Source of the DNA: Eledone cirrhosa
Taxonomy: Eukaryota
Assembly: GCA_964016885.1 (NCBI GenBank)
Contig: OZ024740.1
Span: 207,762,001 to 207,826,000, forward strand
Direction of reading: 5' to 3'
Length of the DNA stretch: 64,000 bases
Made by a program: the position numbers and the translations under genes. Below the pieces are notes generated by a model that saw only the letters and a list, made by a program, of their open reading frames with translations, was not told the DNA's origin and searched no databases. Shown in pieces: positions 52,313-64,000 of this stretch; within the stretch, counting starts at the first letter, position 1; each line of letters opens with the position of its first letter.

Positions 52313-53884
52313 TATATGCGTGTAACAATAGAAAGCGTCTGGTGTCTTTTGTTAACTTCAGATTCAAGAAGTAAGACTATAAGATATTTCAGTTTAATCA
52401 GTACTTTCAGGAAATAGGCTGAAGTAGTAATCATCTGTTATTACATGGTCGGTCATTGATTGGTTAAATTAAGAAAGAAAACAGTAGAATCATTTAAAAT
52501 GGCCGTCATAACTAACTTAAGTCATCTCAACTATTTTAACATTACAGCAGTCATTTAGCGATAAGAACTATTCTTAGAAAACTAAATGAAAGCTTACTTT
52601 ATATTAACAAACATTCTAATCAGGCACACACAATCATAAAAACGTCTAGCAGTATACATTAACAGATGAATGATTAATACGTTTTCCAAGTAAAATCAAT
52701 ATTCAATCAATATTTAATCGTGTTATTACAAATTACGTGATGAGAAAATTTGGATTTAAGGAAAAAACTAACGTTTGTAGGCGGCGAATTGGCAGAGTTG
52801 TTAAAACGTCGGATAGAATGCTTTATGGCATTCGTTCCGGCTTTCTGCTCTCTGCTCTTTGACTTTTACTGAGGTCAACTTTGCCTATCATCATTTCTAG
52901 GTCGATAAAAAAGAGTACCAATCTAGTGCTGGGGTCGATTCTTCTTCTCTCTGGAAGAAATCTGCTGTACTCAGGCCTGGAGAGGGATGGGCTCCGCCAG
53001 GCTTGAAAATGCCCAAGAAACGACGAATGTCAATATGGCGCCCCTACGACTCAGGAGTTACGGGAACATACATACAAACGCGTCGGTAGAGTCATTAGAC
53101 CATAAGACACCTGATGATATTTTATCCAGTTCTCTGCACTTTCAGTTAAAATTCAACTGCAGTTTACTTTACCTTTCATCCTTTCGCCGTCGACAAAATA
53201 AAGTATCAGTCAAGGACGATAGAGGAGTGGAGCACTGGTCGAGATGCCTTGCCGTATTTGTTACGGGGGGATTATGTTATGAATTCAAATTTTATGGTGA
53301 TAGACGTAATCCATCATCCGGTATGACACCACACCCTGATTCCTGGCTGAATTTAGCAGTGTCCACGCTGTTATAAGAATTCCGTATGAGTGTATGTATG
53401 TGTGAGTGTGTGCATGAGTGTATATACACACATACATACGATATATGATGGATCAAAACATGACTCAAAAGTAGAGAGAGGGAAAAATAGAGAGAAAATT
53501 ACTCCAGTATTTGGTTGGTAATTTATGTATCGACTCCGAGGCCATGGAAGACATAGTTGAGCATCGCGGCTTAATTTGATCCCAGAGTGCAGATAGCTGG
53601 AATAAATACCGCAAGGCATTATATCCAACGTTCTAATGACTTTGACAATTCACCATTATCTTTTATGCATTATATTTGAAAGAAGTTTATTTGAAAGAAA
53701 ATGAAAAGATGAGAAGTTGATGAGATCAGAGTCCACATCTCACGTGACATATTGTTTGCGCCTTCCTGTAATGGAACTCCTTATATCTCATTACATATTT
53801 AATTGTACACTCTCTATAAGTAATTATACACTTTATATTTAATTACAATTATACACACACACACATACACATATATACATATAT

Positions 53885-54662
<778 letters not shown>

Positions 54663-55113
54663 GGCATATACACACGCATACACATAAATATGTACTTGTG
54701 TATATACATATTTACACATTTTTGGATACTCGTTGACTCTTGTGAGTTCATTTGTCAGGTTTTTGTTTTTTGTCCTGCAGGGTGTCCAAAATTACCCTCC
54801 TCACCAAGTAAACTTTATGGGGTTGCCAGTTTAGTCGCCGACGACCCGACCATGCGACAGGTTGTACTGGTTTACATGTTACCAGAAGCAGTCAAGTGTG
54901 ACCTGACATAAATACATATATACATATATATATTGCATACATATATATATATACATATAGTATTGCCTGTGTGAAGTGACCAGTGTCTGCGCATGCGTGT
55001 TCGTACGGTTGTCCTTCCTGTTCCGTATAACCATGTCCATTACGAGTTGAGAATCCGCTAAGGTGAAACAATTGTTCTCGGTATGGTGAACTAACTGTTG
55101 TGTAACCACTTCT

Positions 55114-55176
<63 letters not shown>

Positions 55177-55326
55177 GAGGCTGCTGTAGTTTATTTATCA
55201 AATATTTCTTCATAGGAGCCTTTATTCTTATAGCCTGGTCTAATTAATTTTTATGTGGTTAATTATGCTAATTGGGAGAGGAAATAGTGTATATATTTTA
55301 TCAAATGATTCTATGGACATAATTCA

Positions 55327-55394
<68 letters not shown>

Positions 55395-55531
55395 TAGGAT
55401 TGGTGCTCTGAAATAGCGATGTATACATGAATGTATATATAGTATATTTGACAATATACCATATGTTTAATTAAAAACATTTTGAAGACCTTGCGCTATC
55501 ATTTTAAAGTAGTGATTATGTCACTTCTTTT

Positions 55532-55618
55532 TTCGGCAAAGGAAGGGAGAGAAGCTGACAGATTCTGTTTCACACTGTTGGTGTTCCTCAGAGCAACGTA
55601 CTCCCGACCTCTGCCGAA
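55532..55618 (-). ncRNA. Extended type I hammerhead, canonical C3-G8 core
   Basis: Minus strand: ttcggcagagg..gggagtacgttgct CTGAGGA acac-caaca-gtgt GAAA cagaatctg TC^ agc..ctccc..cctttgccgaa. Confidence 0.85.
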
Positions 55619-55973
55619 AATTATAGAGGCTGGATTCTTATAGAATTCCAGTAATAATCAGGAACTGATTATACAGAGCGATTGCCGGTCCAGCAAAAAG
55701 TAAAAATTAGGACTGGTGCTCTGAAATAGCGATGTATACATGAATGTATGTATAGTATATTTGGCAATATACTGTATGTTTAATTAAAAACATTTTTTTT
55801 AAAACATTTTTTTTAAAACAATTTTTAGCAACATTTTTTTATACATACATTCATGTATACATCGCTATTTCAGAGCACCAATCCTAATTTTTTATTTTTG
55901 CTGGACCGGCAATCGCTCTCTATAATCAGTTCTTGATTATTACTGGAATTCTATAAGAATCCAGCCTCTACTC

Positions 55974-56053
55974 AGAGGCGGGAGTACGTTACTCTGAGGA
56001 ACACCAACAGTGTGAAACAGAATCTGTCAGCTTCTCTCCCTTCCTTTGCCGAA
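55974..56053 (+). ncRNA. Extended type I hammerhead (second copy)
   Basis: CTGAGGA at 55994-56000; one stem I mismatch. Confidence 0.75.
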
Positions 56054-56504
56054 AAAAGAAGTAAGTGACATAGTCACTATTTTAAAATGATAGCGCAAGG
56101 TCTTCAAAATGTTTTTAATTAAACATACGGTATATTGCCAAATATACTATACATACAATCATATATATATATATATATACGTTTATCCCGGGTTCAATCG
56201 GGGATAACCACAGTAATTAAGGTACTCAATACATAGCAGAGTATAAATATTTAATATAGAAATGTAGAAATGGCTTCTACAGGCTAGAACATTTCATATA
56301 TATATATACAACTCCTCGCGTTATATATATAACGAAGGAGTTGTGGTCAGGAACCAAATGGACAACACAACGCACAAGAGTACTCAATACTTAGGGTAGT
56401 AGTGTGGGTAATAGGAGAAAGTATGAACCCGACGGCATATAGCCGTCGAAACGGCTTGAGCTCTGCCGTCAGGGTCATACTTTCTCCTATATATATATAT
56501 ATAA

Positions 56505-56780
56505 ATGGTAAAGACCCTCTTCGGTCACGTATGACCATGGAATTTGCATCTAGAAACTTCAACTTCGAGATACAAGCCAGGGAAAGTTTGTTTATAGAAA
56601 AACAGCGGTTGCCTATGCATACCAGTCGCCCCACTACACACCACTGGTGTTGTCCAAGTGAAAGGTAATGGCCGATACAACTTGGCGCCAGTCTTGTCGT
56701 AACACATTTCTACAGCTTAGTGAACTGGAGCAACGTGAAATAAAGTGTCTTGGTCAAGGAAACAACGCATCACCCGGTCC
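56505..56780 (-). mobile_element. CORE-like SINE, reverse strand
   Basis: actggagcaacgtgaaataaagtgtcttggtcaagga is the reverse complement of the core at 20878-20920. Confidence 0.65.
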
Positions 56781-56790
56781 CATAATACAT

Positions 56791-56875
<85 letters not shown>

Positions 56876-57318
56876 TATAAGTGAAAGCGTGTGACAGTGC
56901 AACTACTGTGTCTTTCTCGAAGACATAAAATGTTGCCTTTCCTGGAATCGAACCCAAAACTTGTAGGCCACGTACCTATATATGAAATATATGATATATT
57001 ATATCACACCTTTTGAGAACAATAGTCTCGTAAGTTACAGATTTCCATCGAACGAATCAATGATTCACTATACTTAGGGTGTCGTTATTGACAAGTGAGT
57101 CCCCGTCCAATTCGGATGACACAAGGAACTGCTTATTTTTACTCAATTTTGTCACTGATCTGTCCCAAATTTCATCTAACATGTATTGATAAACCCGAGG
57201 CTATGTTAGGAAACGTCTGTCGTGTAGTGATGTCAGTTCTTCTTGCATATGAGACTGTTGTTGTCTCAGGTTGTTGTCGTTCGTCTGATCGAGATCAGAG
57301 ATCATTGATCAGTCTCCA

Positions 57319-57493
57319 GGGCCCACTGTGAGGTCAACAACTATGACCCACTGTGAGAAGGTCGACAACTAGGGCCCCACTTTGAAGAGGTCAACAACTA
57401 TGACCTACGTTAAGGAGGTCGACAACAAGGACTCACTGTGAGGAGGTCCATAACTAGGACCCACTGTGAGGAGGTCGACAACTAGGGCCCACT
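57319..57493. repeat. ~28-bp minisatellite, about 6 copies
   Basis: gacccactgtgaggaggtcgacaacta(g/t). Confidence 0.85.
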
Positions 57494-58737
57494 AGCGAAT
57501 ATTTTAACCAACAATTCCGCTTTCAACTTAGTTTATTTAGTAGTTAAATATAATTTAATTTTTTATATATGGATTGTAAAGCTTGTGATGGAGTTGTAGA
57601 TATACTCTCGTGATATACGGTGTGTTTTGGTATTTTGAACCTAGCAGTGTGCATCACACTCCAGTTCTGCCACAGCCGATTTTTCTTCGGCGAGAGGGGA
57701 TACTTTATCGATTTTGAACGGATGAAAAGCAAAGTTGTCTTCGGCGGTATTTGAAATCAAAGCAGAAAGAGCCAGAACGAAACATTCCATGACATTATAT
57801 TAAAAAATCTTACAAATTTACCAGTTCGCTACTGTTATATTATTTTCTAAATTATTCTGCTTCATTGTCCTAAATCTTTGTTCATTGTTTACAGTGTAAT
57901 AAACACCGGAATAGATTGTTTATAACTAGATGTAATATTATATGTCCTGAATTACATAAGATGGGATGACAACACCGATTAATGTCAAATTTAAATAGAT
58001 TACCCAGTTTGACCGAAAACTTCTATACAACGACACTAAAAGGTTATTAACTCTTAACATCCTGTGGTACAGTATGTTAAGAGTTAAGGCTTTAATTCGT
58101 TATAAAGATAGCAATTTATAATTTTGGTGAAATGGTGTCCGGAAAATTACATAATCTCACTTACTGTTAATGGTTATCTTTCATCTTCATTATCATTTAA
58201 TCGAAGGAATAGGAATCATGCCCAGAACTTTATGGCAGACCTTCCAACCTCTAAAAACCCAAACGGGGAATACCATGAAAAAAATGTGCCCCAAAACGGG
58301 GGAAAATAAAGCAAAATGGGAAGACTTTACATAATGAAAGCTATACTCATTTTCACAAGAGAAGACATCTCTCACCTCCCGAAAGTGGGTGAGAGATCTC
58401 CCTGTCTGACAGAGAGAGTTGACAGGTCTGTGTATAGACATCAACAGACAATTGAAGTATTTGGGACAGGCTTTGTTACTGTTGTGTTTTAGTCATTTGT
58501 GAACTATAATCAGGAAATACTAATACCCAAGACATTCCATCTGTGAATATCATGTCTCTTTCAGATGTACTGTATCTAGAACCACATTAGTAGTTTTGGT
58601 AAAACCCCTCGTCTAAACAGAGCCCATTACATACATCCTCCTACACACACATACGTAGAGCATACATACATACTCACCGATACACACGAACACAGATAAT
58701 ATCGACACACACATATACCCACTCACAGAGAAAACAT

Positions 58738-58980
58738 ACGAGGCTTAGCTGAAAAGTTCCTAGGTTGACTATGAAGGAATGATGCTAGAGCTGTGAAATC
58801 TTGCATGCATTAATTTCAACTCTTTTTATTAATAACTGCATTGTTTTGTTGTTGTTTTTTTCAGGTATTATTTTGAAAATAAACATCTTTGGTCACGAGA
58901 GTATCTTGGTCAGCGTATAAACTGACCAATATATATTTTTCAATATCAAATACAGCCCATGAACTTCTCAGCCTAAGACA
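58738..58980. mobile_element. Mariner-type MITE
   Basis: ta-cgaggcttagctgaaaagttcctagg / cccatgaacttctcagcctaag. Confidence 0.55.
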
Positions 58981-59188
58981 CAGACGATATATACACATAC
59001 AGCGAGTATATATAGACACAGACGAAATATGCATTAATCGAAGGGTATTTTTAAGTAATAGAGATGGTTATATGTGGTTATTAGAAATGATTATAACAAG
59101 AATAATAAGAATAAATGATTTAGTTTATATATGGTTTACTTCACTTCAATCAAAAAGTACAATAAAACAAGATACCAAGAGTTGCGAA

Positions 59189-60228
59189 GGTTGACGTTGT
59201 TGCCGTGAGTCTGAGACCATAGTGAGTGAGAGAGAGTAATGGTTTGTATACCTCTGAATGGTCTGTAGTAGTTGGTTGACGTTGTTGCCGTGAGTCTGAG
59301 ACCATAGTGAGTGAGAGAGAGTAATGGTTTGTATACCTCTGAATGGTCTGTAGTAGTTGGTTGACGTTGTTGCCGTGAGTCTGAGACCATAGTGAGTGAG
59401 AGAGAGAGTAATGGTTTGTATACCTCTGCATGGTCTGTAGTAGTTGGTTGACGTTGTCGTCGTCAGTCTGAGACCATAGTGAGTGAAAGAGAGAGTAATG
59501 GTTTGTATACCTCTGAATGGTCTGTAGTAGTTGGTTGACGTTGTCGTCGTGAGTCTGAGACCATAGTGAGTGAAAGAGAGTAATGGTTTGTATACCTCTG
59601 AATGGTCTGTAGTAGTTGGTTGACGTTGTTGTCGTGAGTCTGAGACTATAGTGAGTGAGAGAGAGTAATGGTTTGTATACCTCTGAATGGTCTGTAGTAG
59701 TTGGTTGACGTTGTTGTCGTGAGTCTGAGACCATAGTGAGTGAGAGAGAGAGTAATGGTTTGTATACCTCTGAATGGTCTGTAGTAGTTGGTTGACGTTG
59801 TCGTCGTGAGTCTGAGACCATAGTGAGTGAGAGAGAGAGAGAGTAATGGTTTGTATACCTCTGAATGGTCTGTAGTAGTTGGTTGACGTTGTTGTCGTGA
59901 GTCTGAGACCATAGTGAGTGAGAGAGAGAGTAATGGTTTGTATACCTCTGAATGGTCTGTAGTGGTTGGTTGACGTTGTCGTCGTGAGTCTGAGACCATA
60001 GTGAGTGAGAGAGAGAGTAATGGTTTGTATACCTCTGAATGGTCTGTAGTGGTTGGTTGACGTTGTCGTCGTGAGTCTGAGACCATAGTGAGTGAGAGAG
60101 AGAGTAATAGTTTGTATACCTCTGAATGATCTGTAGTAGTAGGTTGACGTTGTCGTCGTGAGTCTGAGACTATAGTGAGTGAGAGAGAGAGTAATAGTTT
60201 GTATACCTCTGAATGATCTGTAGTAGTT
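59189..60228. repeat. 85-91-bp tandem repeat, 12 copies
   Basis: ggttgacgttgtYgYcgtgagtctgagaccatagtgagt(ga)n gtaatggtttgtatacctctgaatggtctgtagtagtt. Confidence 0.95.
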
Positions 60229-60494
60229 CTCGTCGTTAGTCTATTCTCTCTGTATTTCTTTTGTCTGTGGGTCTGTTGATAGCGGTGAATCTTTACATAG
60301 TTTTTTGTATGTCGTGGTGCTCCGATGTCTCTGTGTAAACGTGGAATGATAAAGGCTTTATAAACCTATCGCTTCCTGCCTCCCACTTTGGGGAGATAGC
60401 CAACGCATCAACCTGTTCACACCAAAAGGGTGGTGACCTAGAATTTGACCTTTAGGTGTCACCCAAGGTTCAAGGCGTGGACAGATCTCGCTAC

Positions 60495-61295
60495 ATACAC
60501 ATACAAACAGTATATATAGACACAGACCATATATACACATAAAGAGTGTATATATAGACACAGACGATATATACACATACAAACAGTATATATAGCGTGT
60601 ATATATAGACACAGACGATATATACACATACACAGTATATATAGACACTGATGATATATACACATACAACCAGTATATATATATATACACATACAACGTG
60701 TATATATAGACACATGATATATACACATACAGCCAGTATATACAGAGGCAGATGATATATACACATACAAACAGTATATATAGACACAGACAATATATAC
60801 ACATACAGCGTGTATATAGAGACACAGACGATATATACACATACAGCGTGTATATATAGACAGACGATATATACACATACAGCGTCTATATAGAGAGACA
60901 GACGATATATACACATACAACGTTTATATAAAGAGACAGACGATATATACACATACAGCGTGTATATAAAGAGACAGACGATATATACTCATACAACGTG
61001 TATATAAAGAGACAGACGATATATACACATACAACGTGTATATAAAGAGACAGACGATATATACACATACAGCGTGTATATAAAGAGACAGACGATATAT
61101 ACACATACAACGTGTATATAAAGAGACAGACGATATATACACATACAACGTGTATATAAGAGACAGACGATATATACACATACAACGTGTATATAAAGAG
61201 ACAGACGATATATACACATACAGCGTGTATATAAAGAGACAGACGATATATACACATACAACGTGTATATAAGAGACAGACGATATATACACATT
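60495..61295. repeat. ~36-38-bp minisatellite
   Basis: tatacacatacaRcgtgtatataaagagacagacgata. Confidence 0.92.
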
Positions 61296-61718
61296 CATGA
61301 CGAAGCATATTCAGGAAGACAGAGTGTTCAGGAATTCATCGTTCCATCATATCTGTTATCTCAACCAATTAATACACTTATAACTTTGTCGTTGATTTTA
61401 TTTTAAGCCAAATAAATGAACATATAGCGCTTAATTAATTAAACTGTCATTTTGGATTGAATGTCTTCCTTAAATAATGTGTGCCACCATATATCTTCAT
61501 GACGGGGTCAATGTCTTGCAAAGAGATAAGTGCTATGTCACCATCTATAATAATCCTGTTATCGTTAATGTATATATAACACCATTTATTATCTCCGTCT
61601 TGTTGATGTTTCATTAAGTTATGTATGACATCATATATTTTCATCGTTGGGTTGATGGCCCATTAAGGAATGTGAGATGATATTTATCATCAATACGGGT
61701 TAGTAAGTAATGTATATA

Positions 61719-61800
61719 CAGTGGAACCTCGTTTCATGAACTTAATTCGTTCCTGAAGGTCGTTCGTAAATCGAAACTATTTTTGTCATACGGAATGTTG
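61719..61800. mobile_element. pogo/Tigger-like terminal fragment
   Basis: ta-CAGTGGAACCTCG terminus. Confidence 0.45.
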
Positions 61801-61811
61801 AGCGAGAAATA

Positions 61812-62660
61812 ATAGTTTCTTTATTGGCCACAAGGGCTAACATGAAGAAAAACATTAGAGACGGCACAGAACGTACAGGACGATACAAAGTGGGTTTTGG
61901 TCGTGTAAACAGGTTATAACAAAATCGGGCTAGAAATGAAAAAAATTCAAACAACAAAAGTTCCCCAAAAAGGGGGAAACCTCCGAGGGTCACTCGTGGT
62001 GAAAACCACACAAAAAGACCACGGCCACCCTGACAACCAGGGAAAACGCCCTCTCTCAGTTTTCCCACTCCTCAGTCTACAGGCGCATACTCAGAGCGGG
62101 CCCGTTCACTCGGACCAGACTCGCCACTTTCACCCACCTTTCAACACACTTACTAGAAGACACCACTTGCCTCCCCACCCTGATTTTCCTCTTCGAGTGA
62201 AACTTGAAAAAGTTAATCAAGGATTGGCCGGAGAGGAAATTGTCCGTCTTCAAAGCTTTCAACCTTGTCCACCACACAATCTCTTTCGGCATGGCCACCA
62301 GGCAGATGAAAAATGCCTGCCCTTCCTCCTCTTTAAAGGAGGATGGTGGGGCTATCTGCATATCGAGCAGATGTAGCTGTGCATCGCAACGATCCAGCTC
62401 CTAAAAGCGGGCCCGAAGCCGGCCGCCTCGAGGACCGCAGCAAGGTACCGATGGTCGACCCTATCAAATGCTTTAGATTGATCCAAGTTGATCAGGGCTC
62501 CACCCGTGCCAGGTTCCTTAAGCATACTCTCTATGATGTACCGCATGAGATGGAGGTTGTTGTGGATGGATCTGTCCGGAATGGCGCATGTCTGCGCCTC
62601 TCCCACCAGATCACCGACGACAAGCGCCAATCTCTTTGCTAACACCTTGGCCAAAATCTT
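61812..62660 (-). mobile_element. Tx1-like LINE fragment with internal deletion (RT piece fused to 3' end)
   Basis: AKVLAKRL..LDQSKAFDRVDH joined to PPSSFKEE..RWVKVASLVRVNGP; same 3' tail as the 4441-10087 element. Confidence 0.85.
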
Positions 62661-62669
62661 GATAATAAT

Positions 62670-63430
62670 AATGGTTTCTTATATAGGCCAACAATTTTGG
62701 GGGAGGGGAAAGTTGATTAAATCGACCCCAGTGCGTGACTGGTACTTTATTTTATCGATGGATGAAAGGCAAAGTTAACCTCGGCGGGATTTGAACTCAG
62801 ATCATAAAGGGCCGTAACTCTATGCTGAATCTTGATAATAATAATAATTATAATAATTGTTTCTACTTTAAGCCAGCAATTACCCAGTGCATTACTGGTA
62901 CTTTATTTTATCGACCCCGTAAGGATGAAAGGCAAAGTCAACCTCGGCGGGATTTGAACTCAGATCGTAAAGGGACGTAACTATGCTGGAAAGCATGGCA
63001 TCCGATACTGCCAATCCACTGGTTTCTAGTATAGGCACAAGGCCAGCAATTTGGCAGAGGGGGGGGGGGGGAAGTAGATTAAATCGACCCCAGTGCATTA
63101 CTAGTGCTTTATTTTATCGACCCTGTAAGGATGAAAGGCAAAGCTAACCTCGGCGGGATTTGAACTCAGAACGTAAAGAGTCATAACTTTATGTCACAAA
63201 TCATATTGTTCGTCGTTCTACCGATTCTGCCAAATCAAATAATAATAATTGTTTCTACTTTTGGCACAAGGCCAGCAATTACCAGTAGATTACTGGTACT
63301 TTATTTTATCGACCCCATAAGGATGAAAGGCAAAGTTAACCTCAGCGGGATTTTAACTCAGAATGGCAAGGGCCGTAACTCTATACGTCAAAGCATGGCG
63401 TCCGACCCTCTACCGATACTGCCAATTCAT
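62670..63430 (-). mobile_element. Tandem SINE cluster
   Basis: Same family as 1706-2530. Confidence 0.85.
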
Positions 63431-63559
63431 AATAATAATATACTATAGGATTAGACCTCCGAAACTTCTTGTCGCCGTAAGCAATGAACGCATTAAAAAA
63501 ATTGTCGAAAGGATTGTTTCATTTATAAAGTGTTCAAATACACCCTTTTCGCCTACTTA

Positions 63560-63960
63560 TTCCTGAGAGGGTCGTTGAGGCAGAGTCCTTAGAGACTCCT
63601 TCCGGCGTGCCCTGTAAGGAGCAACCGTCTGCAACTAATCCGGCTGGATCCCCAAGCGTGACCATCCAAGCCCAAGGATATTATCCAACCATGTTGCTCT
63701 GGGTCTTCCCCTGGGTCACCTACCGATTAGTTTTGCCCGTAAAATTTGTCCAGTGATTCTTTCCTGAGACATTCTAACCACATGCCCATAGTATCGGAGC
63801 TGTGATCTCTCACATTCATCATGCGCTACATAACATACAGAGACATGGCACTCCTTAAGATGTAGTAGGTCTCAGATAAAAAACATCTAACCCGTATAAA
63901 TAGTACATTATTGGAATTAGCCTAGATTTAGGTTATGCACCAGCTGGAAACAGCAGGAAA
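63560..63960 (-). mobile_element. LINE RT C-terminal / 3' fragment (RTE-group-like)
   Basis: QLRYYGHVVRM..PRGRPR.TW motif on the minus strand. Confidence 0.6.
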
Positions 63961-64000
63961 CGACGAGGCACTGGTTCTATTTCCAGTGAGGCTAAATAGT

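Larger units (their letters stand above)
55391..56158. mobile_element. Retrozyme-like element, same family as 28819-29518 (~313-nt monomer; 1.3 copies minus, 1 copy plus)
   Basis: aaattagga(t/c)tggtgctctgaaatagcg at 55391 and 55704; inverted arm 55840-56158; flanked by (TA)n. Confidence 0.8.

Noticed and set aside
59189-60228. CRISPR-like array
   Set aside because: Whole units repeat with no unique spacers; eukaryotic context with no cas genes
61447-61660. 65-aa ORF with an internal PxMKIY repeat
   Set aside because: Short, no splice or family support

Overview
AT-rich, microsatellite-dense animal DNA. The SINE and repeat content suggests a cephalopod (Octopus-like) genome; this is an inference. 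The only recognisable host coding sequence is one 150-bp exon of a cytosolic carboxypeptidase (AGBL2/3-like, 3828-3977, +). The rest is a nested transposon landscape: a near full-length dead Tx1/L1-type LINE, several Penelope-like (RT + GIY-YIG) elements, an RTE LINE with non-autonomous bipartite derivatives, R4/Dong-like, CRE-like and CR1-like fragments, a Chapaev3 DNA transposon with TIRs and TTA TSD, MITEs, SINE clusters and minisatellites. The ORF track misses the most striking feature: 13 intact-core type I hammerhead ribozyme motifs plus degenerate and half copies. They lie mostly in non-coding units inserted in (TA)n as tandem-plus-inverted copies. One ~315-nt retrozyme-like family occurs at two loci and shows compensatory changes in its stems and in the catalytic 3-8 pair (C3-G8 versus U3-A8). 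Most short ORFs in the track are microsatellite artefacts.
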